A stretch of DNA of 63,905 bases, counting the filler, from Octopus bimaculoides (Eukaryota), in assembly GCF_001194135.2 (NCBI RefSeq). It is 6 parts of 6 records of this genome, joined end to end, with 100 filler letters (N's around TTAATTAATTAA, not from the genome) between each part and the next. Parts side by side here need not be neighbours in the genome. Positions count along the whole stretch, not along the records: positions 40,839 to 53,971 come from NC_068982.1; positions 54,072 to 62,174 come from NC_069003.1; positions 62,275 to 63,905 come from NC_068988.1; 3 more parts are not named here. The stretch is one strand, 5' to 3'. The translations under genes and the position numbers were made by a program. This document shows, one piece after another, positions 51,431 through 63,855 of this stretch (its first letter is position 1; each line of letters begins with the position of its first letter). Below the pieces are notes generated by a model, which saw only the letters and a list, made by a program, of their open reading frames with translations, did not search any database and was not told the DNA's origin.

Positions 51431-53374
51431 ATAGAGTACTCAATGTTCACAATCTCGATTGACTTGGAATCCAACAGAGAAAAGAATACTGATTGTTAAA
51501 CACCAAAAATTATCAAAATATTTTATTAACTAGCTCAATTACAATAGGGTACAAGTCAGCACTGAATTAGCCATTAAGCAAAATAAGCATGCACTTAGGG
51601 CATCAAAGGAGTGGGGGCATCAGAGAAATGGTAAATTGGTTATAGTACAAAAGAAATCACTTCAAAATTGTAACAATAATATTCGAAGTGATTTATATGA
51701 TCAGAAGTATAATTCCAAATGTTCATGATGCCATAGTGAGGATCTGATCAATGACTTTGCAATTAAAAAAAGTAAGAGAAAACTTTTCAAATATAAATAA
51801 AGTAGAAGTATACAAAAATAAACATTATTAAGGCTTTCTCAATCTTTACATCCTTAATTGCCTTATGCATCTTACTGCCATCAACTCAGATAACTGGTCC
51901 CTGTGTTGAGTTTACATAGGGTAGGCTCCTTTTCACCCATTCATTCTCCACATTTAGCCTTTCACTGTAGTCTTTCCATCTTACTGTTAGTTTTGTTTCA
52001 TTTTGAAAAATAAAATTTACTTTATGGTTTATTATTGTTTATATTTTCAATTGTATATATGTGGGGCACCAAAATCTTTTAAGTGCTTAGGGCCTCTGTG
52101 GGTCTTAATCTGGCCCTGGTCAAAGTTGAGGAAAAATTTATTGAAAAGGAAGTACTTGGCCCTGACTATGTTTCAAACTCTTTCAACTACAACAATGCTG
52201 TCTAACTTTTACTTCTAAAGATAATGCAACAGTACAAAATGAGGATGCATTACTTGCAATATAATGATTTCAAACAAGTAAAGAGAAAATAATAAGCAAT
52301 CAGAAATTACTCATTTATATATATATACATATACCTAGTATATTTAATGCTTGTTGACATGAGGTTCTCACGGCGGAGACATTAAGTGAAGAAGAACTGA
52401 AGAACAAAATATTATTTACATGTTTATTCACCCAGCATGTAGTAAGTAAGACAGTAGTAACTGAACATAGTTGAATGTGGCAGCTTTGCTCGCTGATTGG
52501 AAGTTGTTTGGAAGTGAAGTGAAGGAAGAAAATCTGACCGTTACTCTCGAGCTATCTGGAACTACTGAACCAGAGTCTAAGAAAAAGGTTCTATTTTATA
52601 TTCTCCAGAGCGACTATTCCTTATCTAGTTTTCAACTCCAGGCGACCTACAGAACTGCTTAAACTAAGGAAGTGAGATAGAAAAATGACAGCTGACATCA
52701 TAAATTCTGACGTGTATACATTAAACAAAGAAAAAATGTTGGAGTGAAATCTAAATTATGGTTTCTATTCTTAAGCAAGGCAGCCAACTTTTATGAATTT
52801 GTGTTGCAAGATCCCTGCTATGAAACTGTGTTGAAACTGATATTGTTGTATTTTGGATGACCATTTTTTTTTTTTTTTGACAAATAAACACATGCACTAT
52901 ATATTTGTTCTTCACTCATTTATTACTGTTCTTATTTTAACTCATGTCCATTTTCTGGAAATCTTTCTTCACACATCTGTGCCCTCTTCAGCAACATTTT
53001 CTGTCCTTGTGTGTACTCTTGCTCCCCTTAATCCACTTTATTCTTCTATGATGTGAATCTTTATATATGCATGTGTATTTGTGAGTGTTTGCTTGTGTAT
53101 GGTTCTTAGCAGAACTATTACCCTCCTCTCACTCCTATCCCCTCCCCTGTTGCTGCCCTTGACACCAACTCTTGGTATTGTTCTTGTATCTCTCTGTGTT
53201 TGTGCGTTTGCCCAAGCTGCTGCCATCATGGTAGTTGTTGTTGTTGCCATCGTTGTTCTCATTGTTGGTCATGTTGTTGATGATGTTGTAGCTGTTTGTG
53301 AAGTTACTCTATGTGTGTTTGTGTGTGTATATGGTTTCACTTACTATGTTATTTGTACCCATGCCCTATATATT

Positions 53375-53590
53375 CTTTTACTTTTATTCTTTTATTTGCT
53401 TTAGTTATTTGACTGCAGCCATGCTGGAGCACTACCTTAAAGGGTTTTAATGGAAAAAACCAGCCTCAGGACTTATCCTTTGTAAGCCTAGTACTTATTC
53501 TGTCAGTCTCTTTTGCTGAACTTCTAAGTTACAGAGACTTAAACACACCAGCATTGGTTGTAAAGTGATGGTGGGGGGAAACAGACAGAC
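53375..53590 (-). mobile_element. SINE family B 3' half, CpG-decayed
   Basis: gactgcagccatgctggagcac...gctgaacttctaagttacagag. Confidence 0.6.
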
Positions 53591-53971
53591 AGACACACAC
53601 AAATATATACATATACATATATATATATATATATATATAGTTTTAGGGAAAATAACCAAGTTTCAAGAACTCATCGATGAAAATCCACTATCACATAGAG
53701 TTTGAATTACGGAAAAATTTGGATAAGTACTGTTTTTTACTTTGCTAAAGATTTTCTACTATTTGAAAATAATATGTATTCTTGTTTTTTATATTATTCA
53801 TTTGGTTCTTTATAGATTATTTTTAATAGATAACTTATTTAACACTAAATTATTTAGAAGTTATAGTTTCATTTCAACATAATATTAGAACTTCGATTTG
53901 AATAGTGTTGATATATTTTCGATTATTTTTGATTAATAATATTTGATTAATAATTAATCTTTATAGTTTAT

Positions 53972-54071
53972 NNNNNNNNNNNNNNNNNNNNNNNNNNNNN
54001 NNNNNNNNNNNNNNNTTAATTAATTAANNNNNNNNNNNNNNNNNNNNNNNNNNNNNNNNNNNNNNNNNNNN
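53972..54071. other. Assembly join spacer
   Basis: Same construct, linker at 54016-54027. Confidence 0.9.
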
Positions 54072-55094
54072 ATATATACATATGTTTGCATATATTTACA
54101 ATTAGTGTAGATTAAAAGAAATAAGATGTTTGTGTTTCTTTACAAACATATACATATATACACACATGTATATACATGTATGTGTGTATACCCACACATA
54201 CATATTATATATATGTATAGTTATATATATATATATACATTGATGTCACCCAATCAAGCATGCTCCACATCCCATTCTCTTAACATCTAGCCCTCTGTCA
54301 CTCTTCCATCTATGGCACTACTTACTATTTGGTGTTTGTAATGACTTAAGAGCAGAATCAGCACCTATTACCTCATTACTTTCTTTCCACTAATTGTAAT
54401 GTTTCCTCCCTTGCGTCAGCCCCTTCCCCAGGAACCACTCTTCATTTTCATTTTCATTATCCTCCTTTCACTTCCCACATTAATTTAATGGAGCACCTCC
54501 TTTCTGGCCTTCAGTTACTTCTCTCTTCTGCCATACTCCATCTTAACACCTTACATATTCTGCTACCATTCTCAACACCTCTCAACTGTCATCATGCCCC
54601 ACTTGTTGTAACGACCCTTATGTACCCCTATACTTCCAATTCCACTGCTCCTATGCCTTGCACCTCATCCTCTCACCTTCTGATCTATTCTCCTTCTTGG
54701 GCTACTTCTACCTTTCTCTCATTACTGACCATACTGATATTTCCCTTCAACTGCACCACCCTTGTTCATCACTTACCACATTCACTTCTCCCCAACCCCA
54801 ATCTCTAACCATCTGTTACTCTTCCCTCACACTCTCATAAAATCATCTACCTTCCCCACCAGCTGATCCACTGTCTCTATTCTTTCTTATGCTTACTTTC
54901 TTGTACTTTGAAAGTTTGCTCTGGTACCCCTCACTTTATCTTCTCCCCAACTACTACTTCTTACCCTTATATAATGTGGAGTAGCCATGTATATATCCTC
55001 TATAACAAGATATCTGTGCTTGTCTTTCTCAACATCTGGTATAACGCCATCTCCCACACTCTCAGTTAGCCTTGTTCATTTTCTTTCTTGCAAG

Positions 55095-55250
55095 TAACTT
55101 GCAATGAAAATCAGAAAATGTGCAGGTCATCCAGCCATAGAAACCATGCCAAATCAGAATTGAAACTGGTGCAGCTCTCTGGCTCACCAGTTTCAGTCAA
55201 ACCATCTAATCCATGCCAACATGGGAAGTGGATGTTTGATGATGATGATG
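55095..55250 (+). mobile_element. RTE 3' UTR fragment with gat tail
   Basis: ccatagaaaccatgccaaatcag...ccatgccaacatgggaagtggatgtttgatgatgatgatg. Confidence 0.6.
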
Positions 55251-56060
55251 TTGTATATACAGGTGTGTGTGTGTACATAAATTTACACACACACAGACAC
55301 ACACTTACATGTATATACACATATACACATGTATATATCTTCTGTTGATCTTAAAACTGAGTTTCTTTTTTTCTGCAACCTAATTTTCTGCATGAAGATG
55401 TGTGTGTCTATGTATATGTGTATGTCTGTGTGTGCATATATATATATATATATANNNNNNNNNNNNNNNNNNNNNNNNNNNNNNNNNNNNNNNNNNNNNN
55501 NNNNNNNNNNNNNNNNNNNNNNNNNNNNNNNNNNNNNNNNNNNNNNNNNNNNNNNNNNNNNNNNNNNNNNNNNNNNNNNNNNNNNNNNNNNNNNNNNNNN
55601 NNNNNNNNNNNNNNNNNNNNNNNNNNNNNNNNNNNNNNNNNNNNNNNNNNNNNNNNNNNNNNNNNNNNNNNNNNNNTATATATATATATATATATCAGTC
55701 AGTAGTTTGTGTATCCGAAAAATAAGCACACTCTAAAGCGTTAGATCAGTAATGTATTTTATTTAGGAAGTTAAGGTTGGTCATTGAGTGACCATTGGTT
55801 TTGCTAAGTGCATTATAGGTGTGAAACCAATGGTCACTCTATGACTGGTCATAACATTTAACTTCCTAAAACACACACACACACGCATAAAGTGAAAACA
55901 TTGCAAAGAACAATAACTTACCAGATAGTTACAGTAAGAACATATCAAACTGTCAGTCTGTCATTGAAATATATAGACACATACATATGTACACACACCG
56001 TACATACATACGTGTATATATACATATATGTGTGTGTGTATGTATGTGTGTGTGTGTGTG

Positions 56061-56096
<36 letters not shown>

Positions 56097-56746
56097 TTAA
56101 CATGAAGACTAGAATTTATGGTATTATTCTTAATTTTGTAGTTATAATTGTTTCTTTACAATATGGTGAATGCATTTTATGAACATAGATATTAATATTA
56201 ATTATAATATAAATATAATGAATTCATAAAATATTTACACATATATTGTTTTAATACATAATTACTCTGCAACTAATATACATGATCAGGAAATTCAATT
56301 TGTAAGCAAGATGTTTTTCATTTAAAATAAAACATCTACATACAACTGATAGTTGGAATATGCAGATGTGCTTCATGATGACATAGCCTGGATTATAATC
56401 CATTCTGGATACTATATATATATATATATATATATATNNNNNNNNNNNNNNNNNNNNNNNNNNNNNNNNNNNNNNNNNNNNNNNNNNNNNNNNNNNNNNN
56501 NNNNNNNNNNNNNNNNNNNNNNNNNNNNNNNNNNNNNNNNNNNNNNNNNNNNNNNNNNNNNNNNNNNNNNNNNNNNNNNNNNNNNNNNNNNNNNNNNNNN
56601 NNNNNNNNNNNNNNNNNNNNNNNNNNNNNNNNNNNNNNNNNNNNNNNNNNNNNNNNNNNNNNNNNNNNNNNNNNNNNNNNNNNNNNNNNNNNNNNNNNNN
56701 NNNNNNNNNNNNNNNNNNNNNNNNNNNNNNNNNNNNNNNNNNNNNN

Positions 56747-56793
<47 letters not shown>

Positions 56794-57409
56794 CGTGTGC
56801 GTGTGTGTGTGAGTGTGTGTGCGTGTGCATGCATGTATATAGTTGTGTCTTTTTTTTGCCAGTTTGTACTTAGAAAAAGTGACAAGAAATAGAAGGATTG
56901 AGATTTTATATATAAAAAAAATCATTTGGCCTATGAAGGAGTGTTGCACTCCATGGTCTTCCCAGGCCAACCATTTAAGGTTGAAGAGAACAACACAGGT
57001 GCGAGATGATGGCTGCAGGAAATAAAGAAGAAAAGGAGGAGATTTCTAAAGGACTGACCGACTGTTGTCTTACAAAGAAAAGACTGAAAGAAAATGGTTC
57101 ATGCAAAGCGAGAGGTATGAAGGTGGATATAGCATTGGTAACAATAGGTTGAGAAAGAAATGTTGTATAATAAATAACACCCTAAACCTCAACATACATC
57201 AAACTATTAAATCATTCCTTCACTCAGTCTAATCAACGAATGAGTAAGCTTATATATGGTTGTTTAAAATGCTGTAAATATCAGCTAAATCTTCCTCGAC
57301 TCAAATTACATCATACTGGCTTGGAGAATATAAAATACTTATTCAAAACCTAAATCAATTAAAAACAGGTTATTCTTCTTCTTCTTCTTCTTCTTATTAT
57401 TATTATTAA

Positions 57410-57710
57410 GGCAGTGGGCTGGCATATTGGGCGGATTTGGTAGAAAGAAAGCAAAAGAAGCTGAAGTGTGTGTGCATGTGTGGCTGGTGTCTCCTTGTCT
57501 TTGCATTATGTGATAGTTGTAAAGTAGTGTCACTGTCCTTCATTTTCAATCTTCCATGGAAATATGTCTGTCCATAGGGACATATCACCTTACTTGGAAA
57601 CAAGTGAGGGCTGGTGACAGGAAGGGAATCTGGTTGTAGAAAATCTGCCTCAACAAATCTTATTGAATACATGGGAACATGGAAAAGTGGACATTAAAAC
57701 AATTATTATT
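57410..57710 (+). mobile_element. SINE-like element carrying an RTE-type 3' tail
   Basis: SINE-family motif ggatttggtaga..aaagaagc near the 5' end; 3' end gtagaaaatctgcc...catggaaaagtggacattaaa resembles the RTE 3' UTR. Confidence 0.5.
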
Positions 57711-58240
57711 ATTGAGAGTGCAACACATGCCATCTGAGTGACACTGTGGTACAAATAAATGAAGCCCAATATATTTATCACAACTACTTGTCTGTTAAGG
57801 GTACACCAGGCACATGCATCACAATCATATGTGCATAGCATGTGACTTCATATTAAGATAAACAGTACATGACCTTGCAGGTAGGACTGAGAATTTTCTT
57901 CAGATTGAGTAGACCATCCCACTGAAAAGGTCCTCAAATAAGGGTTGTTTAAGGATGATGAATGGAACACCCATGTTACCAGCAGTGAGTTATTCAAATC
58001 CCAAAGAATCTCTCTCAACACATGACTATGATACTCCCCAACTATTCCTGCTCATGATCAGAGATGCACATATTGTCGGCCACTAAGGGACATGCTCAAC
58101 TGGTTATGGTCTAGCAACTGACAAGCAAATCTGTGACATTGAGCAGAATATTTGCTGTAGCCCATCTTTTACACCAAGACAAAACACTTCCAATCAGTTA
58201 AGATCAGAAGTCACTATAGCCACTGTTTGGTATCAGGGCA

Positions 58241-58273
<33 letters not shown>

Positions 58274-59216
58274 GTCATTATTATTATTATTCAGTAAGCA
58301 ACAGAAGAAAATATAAGCTTATGATGGACCTACTACAAGATGACTTGCTTTTCAAAAAATAGCAACTGAATTTCTCTCATACATTTGGTAAAAGCATAGA
58401 GTGCATCAGACAATGAAGTTCTAGAAACAGAGACCAGCAACAGGTGAGGTGTGACTCACAAATGGAAGACTGGAATGTTCTTTGTGGATCTTGGATCTTT
58501 TCTAAAAATCATTTTTCAATTTTAACATTTGTGCATCGTGGAAAAAGTTGATGGCTTTTGGATATTAATTTTGTGCCATGATTCGTTTAATTATTTTTTA
58601 CATAAACATTATAAATGATGGAAATGTGAGGGAGATACTTCGTTAGCAGTGATGTCATCATCATCATCATCATCATCTTAGTGTCCACTTTTCCATGCTT
58701 CCAGGGGTTAGATGGGGATGTGATGGAACATTTTTATTTGTAAGATATGATATATACATATGGGGCTATGGTAAATGTGAAAATAAAAAACTTAAAACTG
58801 GGCCATGGGCAAATGTGTATATGTGGAGTGGTGGAGTAAAGACAAAAAATAGACAAAGAAACACAAATAGAAGTTGTCAATTATGAAAAAAAAAACAAAG
58901 GAATTAAGCTGCCAATTTATGCCTTAAAATGATGGAATGGTCATGTTTGAAATGCTTTTGATCATGAGTCTGATTGATCGAGGTTGACTTGGGCCTAAAC
59001 AACAACATACAAACTAAGGGACCACAAGTGAAGGATGAGAAAAAGAAACATTTTAGTGAGTTTTATTTTGAAATATTTCAATTTATAAAACTGTTTTCAT
59101 ACAGAATTTGAGAAAATAATTGAAAAGAAAAAAAAATAAGTGGAAAGTTATAAACAAGTCTTGAAATGAATTTCAAAATCAATATCAATAAAATATCATT
59201 TATTGATAAAAAAGAA

Positions 59217-59260
<44 letters not shown>

Positions 59261-60026
59261 TACACACACACCACAAACACACATATATGTATATGTGTAT
59301 AAACATACATGTATATTTACACACATTTATTTTATACCCTACCAAAAGAATCTGAAATTAAATTAGATTGAAGACTGAAGTAGTGAAAGGGATTTGGATT
59401 GGAATATATTGGAAAATTACAAACTTTAATTGAAATCTACTTTTCTGCTATGAAGCGAACCATTTCAAAGACAGAAACACAATAAATATCATAATACTCA
59501 GCTTATTACTGGATATTAAAATTCCTTTCAAATAAGTATATAGCATCCTCTACGTGGCATATGTGTATTAAAAGGATGATATTATGAATAAACTCCTATC
59601 TGTGCCTATCCTCTTTCAACCATTTAAGTAGAAAGCCTTCCCTACCCTCATCTCATAAAACGTTATTTGATTGCCTAAGGATAAGTTTGCTTTGAGTGAT
59701 TTACTTCAATCTGAGAGCTTCGTGACTTTTTAAATTGAAAAAGCAGCAGAATCGGAGGTAACTGGTGATGAGCTGCAGTTGGCATGTTATAGTATATAAA
59801 ATCATAGCCAGCCATCACCCACAAAGAAGTATGGCATAGTAACATGACCCATGCTTTTGCTAACTGTTTTTATGTAGTCATGAGCAGACATAGAAGCCCT
59901 TTTGACTCAAAGATCCAGTGGCACGTCCAAGATGTAATAGTTAGAAGGAGAGAGAATTCCACAATAACTTGGCTTGTACTTATTTTCAGTTGAGTAAACA
60001 AGAGCAATGTAACTTTATTTAAATTA

Positions 60027-60110
60027 TTTACAATTGACAGATATTTGTCCTCATCTTGTTTGTTGTTAACACATTTCAGCTGATATACCCTCCAGCCTTC
60101 ATCAGGTGTT
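60027..60110 (-). ncRNA. Degenerate minimal hammerhead ribozyme motif (isolated tail of the same family)
   Basis: Minus strand AACAC-CTGATGA-AGGCTGgagggtatatCAGCT-GAAA-TGTGTT; lacks the CGT seen in the 46.0-kb copy. Confidence 0.45.
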
Positions 60111-60217
60111 ATTATAATTATTATACAATGTCTAATCACAAATAACAAAATTCAACCAATAATATTTTTGTTACACAATATAATCATGTATTCTTATCAA
60201 ATATATTTTACTAGTGT

Positions 60218-60520
60218 AGGCGCATGGCTTACTGGATAGGGTATTCTGCTGATGATCACAAGGTCATGAATTTGATTCGCAGCAACATGTTGTGTCCTTC
60301 AGCAAGACACTTTATTTCACATTCTAGTTCACTCAGTTGGCAAAAATGAGGAGTACCTGTAATACAAATGGGCCAGCCATGTCATACTTTGTGTCACACT
60401 GAATATCTCTGAGAACTAGGTTAAGGTATCTGGGGAGTGCTCAGCCACTTGCATGTCAACTTCATGAGCACTGTTCTGTTGATTGGATCAACTGGAACAG
60501 TCATCGTTGTAACTGACAGC
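60218..60520 (+). mobile_element. SINE family C copy
   Basis: Aligns with 16433-16720 (tgtccttcagcaagacact, cagttggcaaaaatgag, gatcaactggaac). Confidence 0.6.
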
Positions 60521-61414
60521 AGAAACACACATTTAACTCTGTTCAAGATGACACTTTGAAAATGTCAACATACTTCAAATTCTTCTAAAAAGATATAAAT
60601 ATATACAAAGGGAAAGCAAAACCAGTTTGATATTAAATCAATATCATATAAAACCAGACTTAATATTTTTGCTTTCCCTTCAACGTTTCAGTAGAGATAT
60701 GATATACACTTACAAAACAACAATATGATGTTGAAATCTCAACAAACATGGAATTTTACAAGCTCATAAAATATCATCACCATAAGGTAATCACATAAAT
60801 ATAAAAGCAATCAAACAAGCTTTGAAAGCACTAAATCTTCTACAATAGGGCACTACAAACTGTGGGAAACTTCACACAGTTGCTCAACTTGCTAGAAATG
60901 GTAGCAAAATTTCTTTCAAATCACATCTTACTACAATGGACAAAATAGATGTAAATAAGCCATGTATAAAAAATTGGTATGGCCATGGTTGCAACATCAT
61001 TGATCATAGATCTCTTTGATCAAGTTTATTCAGCAGGGTTAAACAACAACACAGCATGGATGGATCCATTTTCATTTGTTTCAAACTTTTTTGAAAAGCG
61101 TTGCAATTCAAAATACAGAAGTGCTAACTGTTGATTTATCTGTTATTCACACTTTCAGGGTATTATAAGAATGTTTCAAATTCAAAATGTTCAATATTGT
61201 ATCAAGCCACAAACCTTGCTGAGGTCACTGTTCATCCAAATAAAATAAGAGCTAGTGGAGCACTGGGGCCAATCTAATCAGCAATACTCAACACCAACAT
61301 TTGAGGACCTGTGCTAATGTAAGAGATCCTCCTCCTCCTCCTCCTCATCATCATCACCATCACCATTTAACATCCACTTTTTCATGAACAACATTGCTTG
61401 ATGTCAAGATAAGG

Positions 61415-61590
61415 GCATATATTAGACACACATGTGGGGCTTCTTTCAGCTTCTATCTACCAAATCTGCTCACATGGTTTTGGCTTAACCAAGGCTATAA
61501 TAGATGACACTGACCCAAGGTACCATACAATGGGGCTGAACCTGAGAATATATGGTTGGGAAGCAAGCTTCATAACCACACAGCCCAATG
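61415..61590 (-). mobile_element. SINE family B 5' half, decayed
   Basis: gggcttctttcagc..ctaccaaatc..aggctataatagatgacac..ccacacagcc. Confidence 0.55.
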
Positions 61591-61940
61591 TATGCCTCAT
61601 TCCAAATTCTGCCAAGGTTTATAAAATATAATACCAGTCAAAGTTCACTGAATTAGCGTTACCCACCCACCATACTTGAAGGCTTGTGTCTATGTAGGAT
61701 ATATTATCAAGTCCTTTCAAAAATACTGTTAACCAAACAAGGTTTCACAGAAGCTCAAGAGGAGGAAAAAATGTGATGGAACAATTATGGGCTTTGAGCT
61801 GCTGCTGCTGTTATTGTTGTTTTTGTTAGCTCTAAGTTTGCTTTGATCAGGTAGACTTGTAACGAAAGGCATTCCAGCTTTGACCATCTCAACTTTAATA
61901 TTTTCAGATAAAAAGGTGTTTGTGTGAATGTTTATAAAAC

Positions 61941-62174
61941 TATGCTGAGCAATAGCTATGAAGTTTGATATCATTCTTGGTATGCTGAGCAATAGCTATG
62001 AAGTTTGATATCATTCTTGGTATGCTGAGCAATAGCTATGAAGTTTGATATCATTCTTGGTATGGTGAGCAATAGCTATGAAGTTTGATATCATTCTTGG
62101 TATGCTGAGCAATAGCTATGAAGTTTGATACCATTCTTGGTATGCTGAGCAATAGCTATGAAGTTTGATATCAT
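61941..62174. repeat. 40-bp tandem repeat, 5.8 near-identical units, running into a gap
   Basis: Unit tatgctgagcaatagctatgaagtttgatatcattcttgg at 61941, 61981, 62021, 62061, 62101 and 62141; only two substitutions seen. Confidence 0.95.
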
Positions 62175-62274
62175 NNNNNNNNNNNNNNNNNNNNNNNNNN
62201 NNNNNNNNNNNNNNNNNNTTAATTAATTAANNNNNNNNNNNNNNNNNNNNNNNNNNNNNNNNNNNNNNNNNNNN
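62175..62274. other. Assembly join spacer
   Basis: Same construct, linker at 62219-62230. Confidence 0.9.
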
Positions 62275-62567
62275 ATCCCGAACGGGTAGTGCTTCTCGAT
62301 AGCACTGCCAGGCCAGGGATCTCTGGAAGTTGTCCATAGGTCCCGGCCCGAAGGTCGTCTTAAACAGGCGGGTCAGGTATTCCTCGTCGACGCCCAGGTT
62401 CGCCCCGAGATCGTCGTCGTACCTTCCCTCCACTAATCCACTATAGAATGCGTTAGTTGTGATGCAGTCGCTCAAGGTTGACCCGGGTTGTTGGAGTTGC
62501 CGAAGAGCAGCGCGACACTCGCGGTGCCATTCGCCCTTCCTCGGCGAATGGCACCGCGAGTGTCGCG
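62275..62567 (-). mobile_element. GC-rich Tx1/L1-clade LINE ORF2 fragment ending in a perfect hairpin
   Basis: Minus frame ...LTRLFKTTFGPGPMDNFQRSLAWQCYREALPVRD resembles the zf-RVT region (..W+..h.aLP.) downstream of RT in Tx1-type LINEs. It sits against (TAGA)n, and a putative 3' end with AATAAA lies on the minus strand at about 62640-62690. Confidence 0.55.
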
Positions 62568-62691
62568 TAGATAGATAGATAGATAGATAGATAACCACAG
62601 AGAAAAAGAGAGAGACAAATAGACAGACAAATAGATACATTTCTTTTATTAGCCACACAGGGCTCAACGAAGATGGGACAAATACAATGTA

Positions 62692-62753
<62 letters not shown>
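62568..62753. repeat. Interrupted (GATA)n microsatellite
   Basis: Direct reading. Confidence 0.9.
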
Positions 62754-63189
62754 TAGTGACTTTAGTGAAGCTACCTAGTTTTCAGGTTAATTATTTCTCT
62801 TAGATTGTATCAGGGACGTTCGGAACCTAGTGGTGGAGTGAAATGAAAGAAACGAAAAGGGTGTCACTTTTTTCTTTTAACAAAAACATTTAGAAAACGC
62901 TAGGGAGGTGAAATATCTTCGCCCAAGAATCGTAACTGAGATTATTCGCTCACCTGACAGCGTTAATTTGATTCTCTCCTGTATGTCTATATCGCTTACA
63001 AAATACAATTACTTATCTCATTCAACATAGTTCGTTTGAACAAAACGTTGTATTGCTAATATGTAATTAATATATCAGATGAGATATTGTCAATCTAATA
63101 TCATGTTACTAGCAATAGGTTAGCCGTAGATTGTTTCTCTTTTCTAAACAATATCTTCATTTCTCTATCTCATTTAAACAATACACCAT

Positions 63190-63770
63190 GTTGCTTTTGG
63201 CGAGAAACTCACGGGCGAGAAGGGCTACGTAACAGGGTGCATTACCATCGTGAAGATTCCAATTCTTCGCGCTCCACAGATTCGGTCACTCGCACCAAAT
63301 ATCCTCCCTCTAACGTTTCAAAACGTTGTTGGTTGTCCTTAACAAGATGATCAATTTTCTCCCCATTCCTGGGGGCTACGTTTGTGAAACATCTTCGGGA
63401 TTGCCCATCGTCTTCCAAGGACAGTCCTCCGCTTTTCAAGTATCAGTGCCACTCGAAACATTGCGTAAGACCTATTGCCTCGTTTCCGAAAACTTTCCGA
63501 AGCATCAACAATGTCTCTGTCGTAGACTTCCAAAGTTTAACGCAAAATTTCACTTTGGCTCTTTGTTGCAATTTTTTGTCCATATCAAAAATCGCAGACT
63601 GCAACATACACGTCGTCACAAAAACACAAATTTCACAACTTGCGAAGTTCACAGCAATGTCACTCGGCACATTGTCTCATGAGACTCACTGCTAGTTTTC
63701 TCTGTTCACGCAACCAGGTGTCTCCATCTGTTAGCATGCTACAGAACTAGTCTAGGAACATTTTGATACT
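63190..63770 (-). mobile_element. Mariner transposase 5' half (HTH domains), decayed
   Basis: QRAKVKFCVKLWKSTTETLLMLRKVFGNEAIGLTQCFEWH, continuing in another frame as KSGGLSLEDDGQS. This matches the mariner N-terminus (QR..IKFC.KLGK.A.ET...WHKRF..G..SLEDD.RSGRP). Confidence 0.8.
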
Positions 63771-63795
63771 ATATGATATATGTGTGTGTGTGTGG

Positions 63796-63834
<39 letters not shown>

Positions 63835-63855
63835 TAGTGTGTGTGTATATATATG

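Noticed and set aside
44918-52118. Inverted pair of CAGGGCC... ends (44918-44976 and about 52058-52118) bracketing hexosaminidase exon 1 as a 7.2-kb composite transposon
   Set aside because: The flanks (cttggcgg versus gtcaaagt) show no target-site duplication, and similar ends occur elsewhere (about 31151). Independent MITE fragments are more likely.
53038-53404. Hydrophobic 107-aa ORF that looks like a membrane protein
   Set aside because: It derives from degenerate GTT/GAT/TG low-complexity sequence, with no family motif or splice support.
61941-62174. CRISPR-like array
   Set aside because: The units are contiguous with no unique spacers, there are no cas genes, and the context is an animal genome.
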